A stretch of 64,000 nt of DNA, from NCBI GenBank assembly GCA_965218795.1, contig OZ244653.1, positions 704,001 to 768,000 on the forward strand. The letters are read 5' to 3'. Shown in pieces: positions 37,933 to 48,791 of this stretch; position 1 is the first letter of the stretch, and every line of letters begins with the position of its first letter. The notes beneath the pieces were generated by a model. It saw nothing but the letters and a program-made list of their open reading frames with translations, was not told where the DNA came from and ran no database searches. The position numbers and the translations under genes are program-made. Origin of the DNA: a bacterium (GTDB taxonomy: Bacteria; UBA8248; JACPRG01; G963555815).

Positions 37933-38385
37933 TTGCTCGCCGAAAACTCTCCCAAAATTGATAGGCGCGGCTTCATCGGAGCGGTCTTCATGGCCGTCAG
38001 CCTGGTGTTGAGTTTCGGGACCGCCGCTGTTTATGGATTGCGATACCTTTTCGGCAGGCAGAGCCGGCCGCCGACCGTCAACGTTCTGGTGGCCTCCCTG
38101 AATGATATCCCGGCTGAAGCCAGCAGAACCTACAAGGACCTGTCCGGACGGAAGTTCCTGCTGGTGAATTCGGGGGACGGCATTCAGGCCTTCGATACCA
38201 CGTGCACCCATCTCGGCTGTCAGGTCTTCTGGCGCGCGCAAGAACAAAAATTTCACTGTCCCTGCCATGAGGGCTACTTTGACGCTGAAGGCCGGCCCAC
38301 CCAGGGCCCCCCGGTGACACCGCTTCGCCGGCTCCCTGTCGAAATTCGAGGGAAGAGCATCTTTGTCGAGATGACGGAGGCCTGA
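37933..38385 (+). CDS. Rieske [2Fe-2S] subunit with Tat anchor
   Basis: DRRGF Tat motif, CTHLGC, CPCHEGYF; TTG start. Confidence 0.92.
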   Translation: MLAENSPKIDRRGFIGAVFMAVSLVLSFGTAAVYGLRYLFGRQSRPPTVNVLVASLNDIPAEASRTYKDLSGRKFLLVNSGDGIQAFDTTCTHLGCQVFWRAQEQKFHCPCHEGYFDAEGRPTQGPPVTPLRRLPVEIRGKSIFVEMTEA

Positions 38386-38388
38386 GCT

Positions 38389-39447
38389 TTGGCGCGATCC
38401 CGGACGCTCAACTGGGTGAACGAGCGGATCCCGTTCAACTGGGACAATCTGAAGCACCTCACGAGCGAGCCGATCCCCAATCATCTCAAGTCCTGGTGGT
38501 TCTGCCTGGGCGGGACCCCTCTTTATCTTTTTCTCATCCAGGTGACGACGGGCATCGCGCTCACGTTCTATTACGTTCCGCAGCCCGACAAGGCCTACAG
38601 TTCGGTTCAGCACATCACGGAGGTGGTGCCTTTCGGCTGGTACCTGAGGAGCATCCACAGCTGGGCGGGCCATCTGATGGTCGCCGCCGTGATGCTTCAC
38701 ATGATGCGCGTGTTCTTTACTTCATCCTATCGGAAACCGAGGGAGCTGAACTGGGTGATCGGTTTCTCCCTGCTTCTTGTCACCGTGGGTTTCGGGTTTA
38801 CGGGCTACTCCCTCCAATACACCCAGCTCTCGTACTGGGCCGCCGTGGTGGGGACTCATATCGCGGAGGCTGTTCCCTTCGTGGGTTCTTATGCTGCCGG
38901 TTTCCTCCGAGGCGGACCCGCCGTAGGCCCAAACACGCTGACGCGGTTTTATATCTTCCACATCGGGGTGCTTCCGACGTTGGCCTTTCTCCTGATCGCG
39001 TTGCACGTCTTCCTGATTCGTACCCACGGCGTGACGGAATTCGCGGGTGGCGATGAGAAGGCCGGGCGGGACAAGGGCCGATTTTTCCCGTTCTTCCCCG
39101 ATCATGTGCTGACGGAGATGATTGTCGGGGTTTTTCTGATGTTCCTCCTGACCCAGTTGGCCATCGTCTTTCCGGCCGGGTTGGGGGAGGCGGCCAATCC
39201 GGCGGTCACGCCCGAACACATCAAGCCGGAGTGGTACTTTTATCCCGTGTTCCGATGGTTGAAGCTGTTTACGTTCGAAGCCGGTCTCGTGAGCGCCCTG
39301 GTGGCCGCTGGGGTTATGGCGGTATGGCCCTGGATCGATGCCGGCCTTGAGAGAAAGGCGCCCGGAATGGAGATCAGCGTCTATGTCGGCATCGTTGCGG
39401 TGTTGTTGCTGATGGGTCTCATGCTTTGGGAAGGTTTGGCGGCCTAG
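38389..39447 (+). CDS. Cytochrome b of a Rieske/cytb complex (unsplit, with heme ci Cys)
   Basis: WWFCLGG, RSIH...LHMMRVF, FYIFH...LHV, KPEWYF; TTG start. Confidence 0.92.
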   Translation: MARSRTLNWVNERIPFNWDNLKHLTSEPIPNHLKSWWFCLGGTPLYLFLIQVTTGIALTFYYVPQPDKAYSSVQHITEVVPFGWYLRSIHSWAGHLMVAAVMLHMMRVFFTSSYRKPRELNWVIGFSLLLVTVGFGFTGYSLQYTQLSYWAAVVGTHIAEAVPFVGSYAAGFLRGGPAVGPNTLTRFYIFHIGVLPTLAFLLIALHVFLIRTHGVTEFAGGDEKAGRDKGRFFPFFPDHVLTEMIVGVFLMFLLTQLAIVFPAGLGEAANPAVTPEHIKPEWYFYPVFRWLKLFTFEAGLVSALVAAGVMAVWPWIDAGLERKAPGMEISVYVGIVAVLLLMGLMLWEGLAA

Positions 39448-39492
39448 CCCCGAAAAGCGCGCAGCCGAACCGCCGGCTTGGAGGATGGACAC

Positions 39493-40833
39493 TTGGATTT
39501 CAGAGTCAAACAGTGGATTATCGGAATCCTGAGCCTCTTTTTTCTGGCTGCCCTCCTGATCGTGGGTTACATCGAGAGCAAGCGACATTTGCCCGATAAA
39601 AAGACGCGCCCGGTCGTGACGGCGAAAAACGAGAGTTGCGTGAACTGCCACACGGAGAAGTCGCCGGGCATCGTGACCCAATGGGAAGAAAGCACGCACG
39701 CCGGCTTGGGGGTGGGGTGCGCCGACTGCCACTCGGCCAACAAGGGGGACCCGGATGCCTGGGAGCATGAGGGGAGCCTGATTGCAACCATCGTCTCACC
39801 CAAGGACTGCGCCAAGTGCCACCAGCCCCAGGTGGACGAGTTCATGGCGAGTCACCATGCCAGGGCGGCCCAATTCACCGGTTCCCTGGACAACTTCCTC
39901 GGCGTGGTCGTGGAAGGGAACCCGGCCGCGATCACCGGTTGCCAAAAATGCCACGGCAGTACGGTGAAGGTTTTGCAGAACGGTCGATTGGATCCCGCCA
40001 CCTGGCCGAATACCGGCATGGGCCGAATCAACCCGGACGGGAGCAACGGGGCCTGTTCGGCCTGTCATGCGCGCCATCAGTTCGCCCGTGCACAGGCGCG
40101 GCAGCCGGAGAACTGCGGGAAGTGCCACATGGGCCCGGATCACCCGCAAATCGAGATCTACAACGAATCCAAGCACGGGATCGTGTATCACGCCCGTCGG
40201 GAGGAGATGAACCTCTCCAGCAAGTCCTGGGTGGTCGGGAAGGATTACACGGCCGCGCCGACGTGCGCGACCTGCCATATGAGCGCAACGGAGAAACTTC
40301 CGATCACGCATGACGTAGGCAAGCGGATCAGCTGGACGCTGCGTCCCGTGATTTCAACGAAACTCGAAAACTGGGAAGCGAAGCGGAAGGATATGAAGGA
40401 TGTCTGCGCGGCTTGTCATGGCCCGAAATTCGTCGACGGATTTTATTCTCAGTTCGACAGCGCGGTCGTCCTCTACAACGAAAAGTTCGCCCGCCCCGCG
40501 CAGGCCGTCATGAAAGAGCTCAAGGCGGAGGGAAAGATCTCGGCGGCGCCGTTCGACGACAAGATCGAATGGACATTTTTCGAGCTCTGGCACCACGAAG
40601 GGCGCCGGGCCCGCCATGGGGCCTCGATGCAGGGGCCGGATTTCACGCAATGGCACGGGTTCTACGAGGTTGCCAAGCATTTCTACTTCAAGTTCCTCCC
40701 GGAGGCGGAGGAGTTGATGCCCGGGATCTCGGAAAGGCACGTGACAGGCAAGTACCACGAATGGCGGAAGGGGATGTCGAAGGACCAGATTCAGGAGTTG
40801 CTCGATTTCTACAAGGACCGCTACGGTCAATAA
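39493..40833 (+). CDS. Membrane-anchored octaheme cytochrome c, hydroxylamine oxidoreductase (HAO) family
   Basis: Eight CxxCH motifs, CHMGPDHPQIEIY, and ELWHHEGRRARHGASMQGPDFTQWHG. GGAGG precedes TTG at 39493. Confidence 0.9.
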   Translation: MDFRVKQWIIGILSLFFLAALLIVGYIESKRHLPDKKTRPVVTAKNESCVNCHTEKSPGIVTQWEESTHAGLGVGCADCHSANKGDPDAWEHEGSLIATIVSPKDCAKCHQPQVDEFMASHHARAAQFTGSLDNFLGVVVEGNPAAITGCQKCHGSTVKVLQNGRLDPATWPNTGMGRINPDGSNGACSACHARHQFARAQARQPENCGKCHMGPDHPQIEIYNESKHGIVYHARREEMNLSSKSWVVGKDYTAAPTCATCHMSATEKLPITHDVGKRISWTLRPVISTKLENWEAKRKDMKDVCAACHGPKFVDGFYSQFDSAVVLYNEKFARPAQAVMKELKAEGKISAAPFDDKIEWTFFELWHHEGRRARHGASMQGPDFTQWHGFYEVAKHFYFKFLPEAEELMPGISERHVTGKYHEWRKGMSKDQIQELLDFYKDRYGQ

Positions 40834-40891
40834 CCCGGCCGAACATTCCCAGGGGATGAGGCCTCCGCCCATTCGGGAACGGCGGGCCGGG

Positions 40892-42532
40892 TTATAGATT
40901 CCAGGTCTTGGCCCGGAGCTCTTCGATCAGAACCCGTTCGTTTTCTGAATAATCCACGGGAACCTCCACAATATGGACCCCCGGCTGATCCAGCCCTTCC
41001 CGAAGCAGCCCGGCCAGTGACTCAGAGGACTCCACCCGGCAGCCCTTGGCCCCGTAGCTCTCCGCATACCGGAGGAAGTCCGGGTTTCCGTAGCTGAGCC
41101 CGAAGTTCTCGAACCCCATCCCCGCCTGCTTCCAGCGAATCATCCCGTAGGCATCATCCCGCAGGATGACCACAACGAGATCCATGTCCAGCCGGACCGC
41201 GGTCTCCAGCTCCTGGGAATTCATCATGAAGCCCCCGTCGCCGCAGATAGCCATGACCTTGCGGTCGGGATAGACCAGCTTGGCCGCCATAGCGGATGGC
41301 AGGCCGGCGCCCATGGAGGCCAGGGCGTTGTCGAGCAGAATGGTGTTCGGCTCGCATGCCGTGTAGTTGCGGGCGAACCAGATCTTGTACACCCCATTGT
41401 CCAGTGCGATGATTCCGTCCGGAGGCACCGCCTCCCGGATGGTTGCCACCAGGTATTGAGGAATGACCGGAAACCGCGAATCCAGGCTCTTTTCCGCAAT
41501 GTGCTTCTCGATTTCCTCTTTCACCTGCCCGAAGTAGTGGCATTCCCACCGGCCGGCGACTTTGAGCTTTGCGGTCAGAGTTTCAATGGTGGAAGCGATA
41601 TCGCCGACCAACTCCAACTGCGGGAAGTAGACCTCATCCACGTTGGCTGAGAAGTTGTTGATGTGGATCACTTTCGTGCCGCCGGGCTCCATGAAGAACG
41701 GTGGCTTTTCGATCACGTCGTGGCCGATGTTGACGATGAGGTCGGCGGCACCGATAGCGAAATGGAGGTAGTCTTCCGCGGACAATGCGGCGGTCCCCAG
41801 ATACATTGGATGCCGCTCGTCGATCACCCCCTTGCCCATCTGGGTGTTGAAAAAGTAGATGCCCGTCTCGTCAACGAACCGGCGTAGAGCCAGGCCCGTC
41901 CGGTTCCGGTTGGCCGCGGCGCCGATGAGGAGTAGCGGCATTTTGGATTGCTCGAACATTGCCACGGCGTCGTCAATCACTTTTCCGTCGGCGCGGGGCC
42001 GTCTTGCCCGGCAAACTTCGAAGGGCTCGGCGGAGGCTTCTTCCGTAGCGATGTCCTCAGGCAGCTCGAGATGGACCGCACCCGGCCGCTCCTCTTCGGC
42101 GATCCGGACGGCCTCCCGGACCAGGACCGCAACATTGTTTCCGTTGACGATCTGCTTGGTGAACTTGGTAATGGGCCGCATCATCTCCACGACGTCGATG
42201 ATCTGAAACCGTCCCTGCTTGCTCTTTTTGACCGGCTTCTGGCCGGTGATCATCATCATCGGCATCGCGCCGAGTTGGGCATAGGCGGCGGCGGTAACCA
42301 GGTTGGTCGCGCCGGGTCCCAAGGTGGCCAGACAAACCCCCGCCCGGCCCGTCAGGCGGCCGTACGTGGCGGCCATGAAGCCGGCGGCCTGTTCGTGGCG
42401 GTTCAGAATAAAGCGTATGTTCGAGCTTCTGAGTGCTTCGAGGAAATCCAGGTTCTCTTCGCCCGGAACGCCGAAAATGTATTCCACTCCCTCCCGTTCC
42501 AGGGATCGGATGAACAGGTCAGACGCCTTCAT
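40892..42532 (-). CDS. Acetolactate synthase large subunit
   Basis: FGVPGEENL, RHEQAAGFMA, TLGPGATN, GDGGFMMN. Confidence 0.92.
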   Translation of the reverse strand: MKASDLFIRSLEREGVEYIFGVPGEENLDFLEALRSSNIRFILNRHEQAAGFMAATYGRLTGRAGVCLATLGPGATNLVTAAAYAQLGAMPMMMITGQKPVKKSKQGRFQIIDVVEMMRPITKFTKQIVNGNNVAVLVREAVRIAEEERPGAVHLELPEDIATEEASAEPFEVCRARRPRADGKVIDDAVAMFEQSKMPLLLIGAAANRNRTGLALRRFVDETGIYFFNTQMGKGVIDERHPMYLGTAALSAEDYLHFAIGAADLIVNIGHDVIEKPPFFMEPGGTKVIHINNFSANVDEVYFPQLELVGDIASTIETLTAKLKVAGRWECHYFGQVKEEIEKHIAEKSLDSRFPVIPQYLVATIREAVPPDGIIALDNGVYKIWFARNYTACEPNTILLDNALASMGAGLPSAMAAKLVYPDRKVMAICGDGGFMMNSQELETAVRLDMDLVVVILRDDAYGMIRWKQAGMGFENFGLSYGNPDFLRYAESYGAKGCRVESSESLAGLLREGLDQPGVHIVEVPVDYSENERVLIEELRAKTWNL

Positions 42533-42658
42533 GGAGTCGGCCTCCGGTGGATGAGCCAGCCGATCCACTTCTCACCGAGACGGTGACCAGCGGTCCGGCA
42601 CGGAATGGTTTGCCTGCGTTGCCTTCGGGCGGGAAGCCACAGAGCGCACCGGGGAAGG

Positions 42659-43160
42659 TCAGTGCTTTGCGGCATGCCCCCAACCATAAGGAAAAATGAC
42701 CGGATAATCCGGGACAATCATTTCGCGTGTCCGCCTGGATTCCTCCACGGTCGGGGCCACGAGGACGACCCGGCAAGGCGCGCTTTTAATGACGGCGCGG
42801 GCCGTGCCTCCGATGGCCGTGTCGAGACCCCGTTTCGTGTGAGTCCCCATCACGATGATGCGCGCGCCGATTTCACTCGCGACTCTCTGAAATCATGACA
42901 CGGGGGGAATCCTCCACGACCCGGGTTTCCACCTCCAGCCCTTCTTCGACGAGCAAGGTGATGAAGCGGTCGAGCTTTTCCTCGGTCCGCTGACGTGCCT
43001 CGGAGATCTTCGCTATGGGAAAATGAACCGTCATCACGGTGAGGGAAGCCCCGGACGCCCGGGCGTGCTCGGCGGCCACCTCCCGGATGGCGACGGCAAG
43101 AGGGGTGATGTCGGAATACCGCTGCAAGGCCACCGCCACAAGGATACGATTGCCGGCCAT
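42659..43160 (-). pseudogene. Universal stress protein, frameshifted/internally deleted
   Basis: NRILVAV...VVEDSPR and IIVMGTH...IGGTARAVIKSAPCRVVLV lie in different frames. Confidence 0.75.
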
Positions 43161-43917
43161 CGCTTCCTCTCCGGATAATAAGGACAACTTTGCTCCATCT
43201 TAAGGGGTATCCGTCCTTCTCGCCACCGAAATTCCGCGTCTTCACACGACGAAGGAGGGGGTGGTTCGCGCCAGGAGTGCCGATCCCGGGGAAATCGTTC
43301 CGCAAGCCCATTTCTCATCGCCTGAGCCGGCTGATTATCTCTTCTGATCCGACTCTTCGCCCGATGCGACGGTTTCCATTTCAATCCTCCCGCGATCGAT
43401 CCCCGGCCAAATGGGGACCAGGTCAATGAGCACGCCGGCTACGCGCGCGGCCTTACTGGACTCGAAAATCCGGGAAGAGACATCACCGCATTCCTCAACG
43501 TCTCTATCGAATTTCCGACCTTCGACGACTCTTTCATCCAAGCTGTCAGTTCGTTGGGTGCCATACAGGAATACCACCGCATGACCGGGACCTACGCCTA
43601 TCTCCTTAATTGAGGTTCGAGTTGAGAGCGCACAGGCTCTCGACCGTCCCATCATGGATGAAATCAGAGAGCTATCAAGGGAGTGACGGCAACGGTCACT
43701 CCCGTCGCCCTTTCATGCGCAAAGGGCGAGGCAGGATCCCTTTGAATGTGAACGAAACGAATGGGAAAGGAAAGAGAGGCGCGCGGCGGAAGTCCCGGTC
43801 AGGGTGACCCCGAGGTTGGCGGGAACTTCAGGCGCCGGCGAAGCCTTCGGTTTGGTCAGTGATTGAAAATAAGAATTAAACGAAGCTATTTCAACAGGAT
43901 AATCAATCTATATAATG

Positions 43918-44718
43918 TTATACTTTAATTCTTCCTTCCATTGTCGTAACGGCCTTGCCCCCGAGGACCACTCGGTCGCCCCGAAGGTGAATCCGCACAA
44001 CGCCGCCCCTTTCCGAGGCTTGGAATGCGGTGAACTCATCCTTTTTCAATCGGGCGCTCCAGTAAGGTCCGAGGAAGCAGTGAGCGGATCCGGTGACCGG
44101 ATCTTCGTCGATCCCCGCCGCAGGCGCGAAAAAGCGCGACAAGAAATCAAAATCTCCGGTTTCGGAAAGACAAGTCACAATCACGCCACGGGGTGGAAGC
44201 TCCGCAAGCGACTTGAAGTTTGGTCTCAGGGATCGCAGGGATCGTTCAGGATTGACTTCAACCAGGTAATCGAACCGGTTGACCGCAAAGTTCTCGGCCT
44301 TCGCGCCGAGGACCTCCTCCACGCGGGACACGGGCTCCTCTCCCGACAAAGGTCGTCCGGGTTCGGCTGGAAAATCCATTTCAATCCACTCACCCGCCAT
44401 TTCGGCTGTCAAGACTCCGCTTCGGGTGTGAAAAACGGCGGACCGGTCGTGGGGAAGCCGTTCCGTCTCCCACAGGACGTGGGCGCTCGCGAGCGTCGCG
44501 TGTCCGCAGAGGTCCACCTCGGTTTTTGGCGTGAACCAGCGAAGGCCGAAACCGTCCTCATTGGGCAGGAGGTAAGCGGTCTCGGGCAGATTCATTTCCC
44601 GCGCCACATCCTGCATCCAGGCTTCCGCAGGCGGCTTGTCCAGAATGCAAACGGCCGCCGGGTTGCCGCGAAAGGGCCGGTCCGTGAAAGCGTCGACTTG
44701 AAGAACGGGAATGGTCAT
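43918..44718 (-). CDS. PhzF-family isomerase
   Basis: QVDAFT, GNPAAV, ETAY, EVDLCGHATLA, EDPVTGSAH. Confidence 0.92.
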   Translation of the reverse strand: MTIPVLQVDAFTDRPFRGNPAAVCILDKPPAEAWMQDVAREMNLPETAYLLPNEDGFGLRWFTPKTEVDLCGHATLASAHVLWETERLPHDRSAVFHTRSGVLTAEMAGEWIEMDFPAEPGRPLSGEEPVSRVEEVLGAKAENFAVNRFDYLVEVNPERSLRSLRPNFKSLAELPPRGVIVTCLSETGDFDFLSRFFAPAAGIDEDPVTGSAHCFLGPYWSARLKKDEFTAFQASERGGVVRIHLRGDRVVLGGKAVTTMEGRIKV

Positions 44719-45539
44719 TCTTCCAGTGCGGTCTCCGTCGTGATGTCGGATTCGATTTGCATCCCCGACGCGATGGTGTTGAAGGAGTTGTAATGGTCGA
44801 CCACTCCGATCACTTCGAGAATCCTGCCGTCGTCCCAACCGGCGTGCCGAATCGCATCCGTGAAGTAGCGGATGAAGTAGCGGCACCCGTTCGTCACGCT
44901 GACGCCCAGGCCCACGGCGAGCTTGGCGGCGGGTTCGATGCCCGGGCGGTCGAACAGGAGCTGATGCTTCGTCCAGGTGGCGTCGAGATAATGGACGTTT
45001 CTGGCGAGCGCTCGCCAGATCTTCGGGACGCCGGGCCGTCCCAAGCGATTCCCCTCATGCTCGGCCACGAGGCTCAGGACTTCCCGGCTTCGGACGTCCA
45101 GCTGATCGTCGGCAGGATAGGGGATGCTCGGCTCTTCAAGCCCCTGGTCGTCCTCCAGCATCAGGCCGAAGGCGACCTTGTTCATCGATCGGCAGTGCTC
45201 GGTCAGGCCCAAAAGCTCCGTGACATCCTTTTCATCCGATCCCAGCCGCATGACCGCGGCCACATGAGAATCAATTCAGTATTCGCACACGTTCACGATG
45301 GAAACGGCGGAGGCCACCATCTCTTTGATATGGGGGGAGACGTCGCCCCGCTGCATGGTCGCGCGCGACCGGTTCCAACTGGCCTCGATGTAACCGGGGA
45401 GATGGGCCTGGGCCTTCCAGATGTTGGAGAGCGAGTCTGCGTTGAAGAGCTTTTTTTCGCGGATCAGGACCCGTTCGACGATTCTTTTATCGGGTCCCGT
45501 AAGGATTTTTTCATCGCTGAGAAGCTTGATGGTCGGCAT
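44715..45539 (-). CDS. Two-domain AhpD/carboxymuconolactone decarboxylase-like selenoprotein (UGA at 45276-45278 read as Sec)
   Basis: The ORFs 45276-45539 and 44715-45263 are in frame. Read-through gives VNVCEY-U-IDSH, matching the AhpD CxxCxxxH motif. Confidence 0.85.
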
Positions 45540-46082
45540 GATTCCTCCTATGAGAATCCCGGCGCATTCCCATCCGTCGAAAAGAACGACGGCTGGAACG
45601 GCGTCGAATTCATGGCTCGGCCTTCGCCGGGCATGGATGGTGAAGGACGCACGTCTGGGGGCAGCCGTCCCCGGACGGTTATGAGCGGATGGAGCTTCGC
45701 CCTGACGAAATTGTGCGTCCGGGGTGAAACCATGTCAACGATGCCCTCGACGGGCCGGGTTGCGAGGCACCGGAGGGCCGATCTCTCCCCCGGAACCCGC
45801 ACAGGATGTCGATGCGCCTTCTCGGGAGAAGGGCTCAAGGTATCGGGGCGAATCCCCTAGAGGTCCTTCGGGATGTGGTTTCGGTGCAGCAGGCCCAGGT
45901 TTTCTGGAGAGGGTCTCCACGCACGTCCCGGCCTCAATCGTGCCGTGATGGTGCAACCCATTGATTGATTTCAAGTTCTCACGTTTCTTATCCATTTGAG
46001 TTCCTGCAAATTTTTTTGATATGCTGATGTTCCTGCGCGTCAAAATGCTTTGAAAACCGCTTTTAGATAGGAGGGGGCGATC

Positions 46083-47107
46083 ATGAGGAAAATGTTGATG
46101 GTTACAATTGTAACGCTGTTCCTGGCGGTGGGACTCACCGGGCAGGCAGCCGCCGCAAAGACCACATTCCTGCTCGACTGGATCGTCTATGGAAAACACG
46201 CGGCTTTCTTCGCAGCCCAGGATTTCGGCTTTTACAAGAAGTACGGACTGGACATGAACTACAAGCGGGGATTCGGCTCGGGTAGAACCATCAAGGACGT
46301 TGCCGCCAAGATTGCCCCTATCGGGTTTGCCGATGCCGGCTCGCTGGTCAACGCCCGGGCCAATAGCGACGTCAAGATCAAGGAAGTGGCCATGATCCAC
46401 GCCAAAACGATCATGATTGTGGCCTTCTTCAAAGACAAGGGCTACAAGACGCCCAAGGACTTGGCAGGCGCTACGATCGGATCGCCGATTGCCAACTCCG
46501 TCCGCGTCATTTTCCCGGCCTTCGCCGCGGCCAACGGGTTCGACGATAAGACCATCAAGTGGATCGACATGGGTTATGGGAATGTCCTCCCTTCCCTATT
46601 GGCCGGAAAGCAGGATGTGGCTCTCTACTATGCAACCGAGATCCCAGGTCTCCATATCGCCGCCAAAAAAATCGGAAGAGAGATAACGTCGTTCTCTTAT
46701 GGAGACTGGGGCGTGGAGGTTTACAACAACGGCGTCATCGTCCGCGAGGACACCATCAAGTCCGACCCGAAGTTCGTCCGAAACGCGGTGCACGCCGTCA
46801 TAGACGGCTTTGCGTGGTCGTTGGTCAATCCGGACAAGACGATAAAGAACTTTCGCAAGTACGCCCCGGGGATGAGTGAGCGCATCATCCGCCAACACTT
46901 TGCCATCAATACGGAGTATCTGTTCGACGAAGGAGTCCGGCTGCACGGCTTGGGATACATGGATCACAAGAAGATGGACAAAACCGTCGAAACGCTCACC
47001 GTGCTCGGGAAGCTGAAGAAGCGCATTCCGACCAAAGACATGTACACGACCGGTTCCTTCCCCAGTGGCCTCAGATCAAGGAGGAACTTGGCGATAAGGC
47101 CATGTAA
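46083..47107 (+). pseudogene. NMT1/THI5-like ABC substrate-binding protein, copy 1, with a 1-nt deletion near the 3' end
   Basis: Paralog of 47586-48611. acgaccgg versus accaaccgg shifts the frame at about 47048; the homologous stop is TAA at 47105-47107. Confidence 0.75.
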
Positions 47108-47585
47108 CCATTCGTACCGCCCCTCACCCGCGGCACCCGCAGGCCCCGGATGGGACTCCTTTCGGCGCCCGGGTTCCGGGTGCAGGGGCCGTTGGCCCAA
47201 TCCCTGCGGGTCAGCGTGCGCCCGTAAGGCGTCGCCGCCATATATTCCGACCGCTCCTCAACACATCGAGGCCTTCAAAAATCCTTTCAGGATGATCTCG
47301 GTGGGCACTTCCCCCACCAACACGTCTTTCATCTGTTGAAGAGCCCGGCCCAAGCCTTTGCCCTCCTAAAGCAGCTACGGCTGCATGGGTGTACTCCTCC
47401 GTTCAACGGTTCCGTTGCTCCTCGGAAGAGTAGACTCCCATTTTTTCCAAAACCACTTCTACACACGAAACGGGTGCATCACCTGCCTCGAATCCGTTCA
47501 AATATCTGTAAGAATATTGTGATATACTACCGGCTCTTTCGATTCAAAACATCCTGAAAACCGCCTAAGTTAAAGGAGGGCAAAC

Positions 47586-48611
47586 ATGAAGAAAGCGTCT
47601 GCTGTTTTGATTGCGTCGCTGTTCCTGGCGATGGGACTCGCCGGGCAAGCGGCCGCCGAAAAGACCACGTTTTTGCTCGACTGGATCGTCTACGGGAAGC
47701 ACGCACCGTTCTTCGCCGCCAAGGACTTCGGCTACTTCAAGAAGTACGGCCTGGACATCGAGTACAAGCGCGGATTCGGTTCCGGCGATACGATCAAGAA
47801 GGTTGCCGCCAAGGTGGCTCCCATCGGTTACGCGGATGCCGGTTCCCTGGTCAATGCCCGGGCCCACAACCCGGACATCAAGATCAAGGAAATCGCCATG
47901 GGCCACGCCAAGACGATCATGAACGCCTTCTTTTTCAAGGGGAAGTTCAGGACCCCGAAAGATCTGGCGGGCGCACGGATCGGATCGCCGCAGGCCAACG
48001 CGGTTCGCGTGATCTTCCCGGCCTTTGCCGCGGCCAACGGCCTGGATCCGAAATCCGTCAAGTTCATCAATATGACCTACGCTCAGGTTACGCCGGCGAT
48101 GATGACCGGCCAGATTGACGTGGCCCTTTGGTACGCGACTGAGGTGCCGAAGCAGCTCGAGTCTGCCAAGAAGGTCGGGAAAGAGATGGACTGGTTCTCT
48201 TACGGCGATTACGGCGTGAAGGTGTACAACAACGGGATCATCGTCCGTGAGGAGACCATTGAGAAGGACCCCCAGTTCGTCAAGAACGTTACCCATGCCG
48301 TCGTCAAAGCCTGGGGAGATTGCCTGATCATGACGGACAAATGCCTCAAGAACTTCCTGAAATACGCTCCGGGGATGACCGAGCGGATCATCCGCGGACA
48401 GTTCGCGATCAACACGGAGTACCTCTTTGACGAGCATACCACGCGGCACGGCCTGGGTTACATGGACCACGCCAAGATGGACGCGACCGTCGAAATCCTG
48501 ACGAACCTCCAGAAGCTGCCGCGGCGGGTGCCGACCAAGGACATGTACACCAACCGGTTCCTGCCCCAGTGGCCTGAGATCAAGGCGCTCCTTGGGGATA
48601 AGGCAATGTAA
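47586..48611 (+). CDS. NMT1/THI5-like (NitT/TauT) ABC substrate-binding protein, copy 2
   Basis: Signal peptide, LDW...GKHAPFF, GYFKKYGLD, GFGSG, YNNG. Confidence 0.9.
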   Translation: MKKASAVLIASLFLAMGLAGQAAAEKTTFLLDWIVYGKHAPFFAAKDFGYFKKYGLDIEYKRGFGSGDTIKKVAAKVAPIGYADAGSLVNARAHNPDIKIKEIAMGHAKTIMNAFFFKGKFRTPKDLAGARIGSPQANAVRVIFPAFAAANGLDPKSVKFINMTYAQVTPAMMTGQIDVALWYATEVPKQLESAKKVGKEMDWFSYGDYGVKVYNNGIIVREETIEKDPQFVKNVTHAVVKAWGDCLIMTDKCLKNFLKYAPGMTERIIRGQFAINTEYLFDEHTTRHGLGYMDHAKMDATVEILTNLQKLPRRVPTKDMYTNRFLPQWPEIKALLGDKAM

Positions 48612-48707
48612 CCATCCGGACCGCCCTTCGACTACTCCCGAAACATGATGTGACGCTTTGACGGTGGCGGGCGCAAGGGGCATCCGGTACAATGAAGGTT
48701 CAGATGT

Positions 48708-48749
48708 AAAGGGGCGGCGGCCTCCATAAGCCGCCGCCCCTTTTCTTGT
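48708..48749 (+). terminator. Intrinsic terminator, possibly bidirectional
   Basis: aaaggggcggcggc-ctccataa-gccgccgcccctttt. Confidence 0.75.
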
Positions 48750-48791
48750 TTTCCCGAATGTCGCGTCAGTCGATACGGAGGAAACCCGGTT

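Noticed and set aside
39493-40833. Evidence for ammonia oxidation or anammox
   Set aside because: No amo, cycAB or hzs genes in the window, and the HAO-like protein seems to lack the cross-link Tyr.
43200-43900. ORFs of 65-130 aa between usp and phzF
   Set aside because: No recognisable family or consistent RBS; probably decayed or intergenic DNA.
47049-47339. Extended C-terminus of the 418-aa binding protein
   Set aside because: Artefact of a 1-nt deletion; the paralog shows the true end at 47107.
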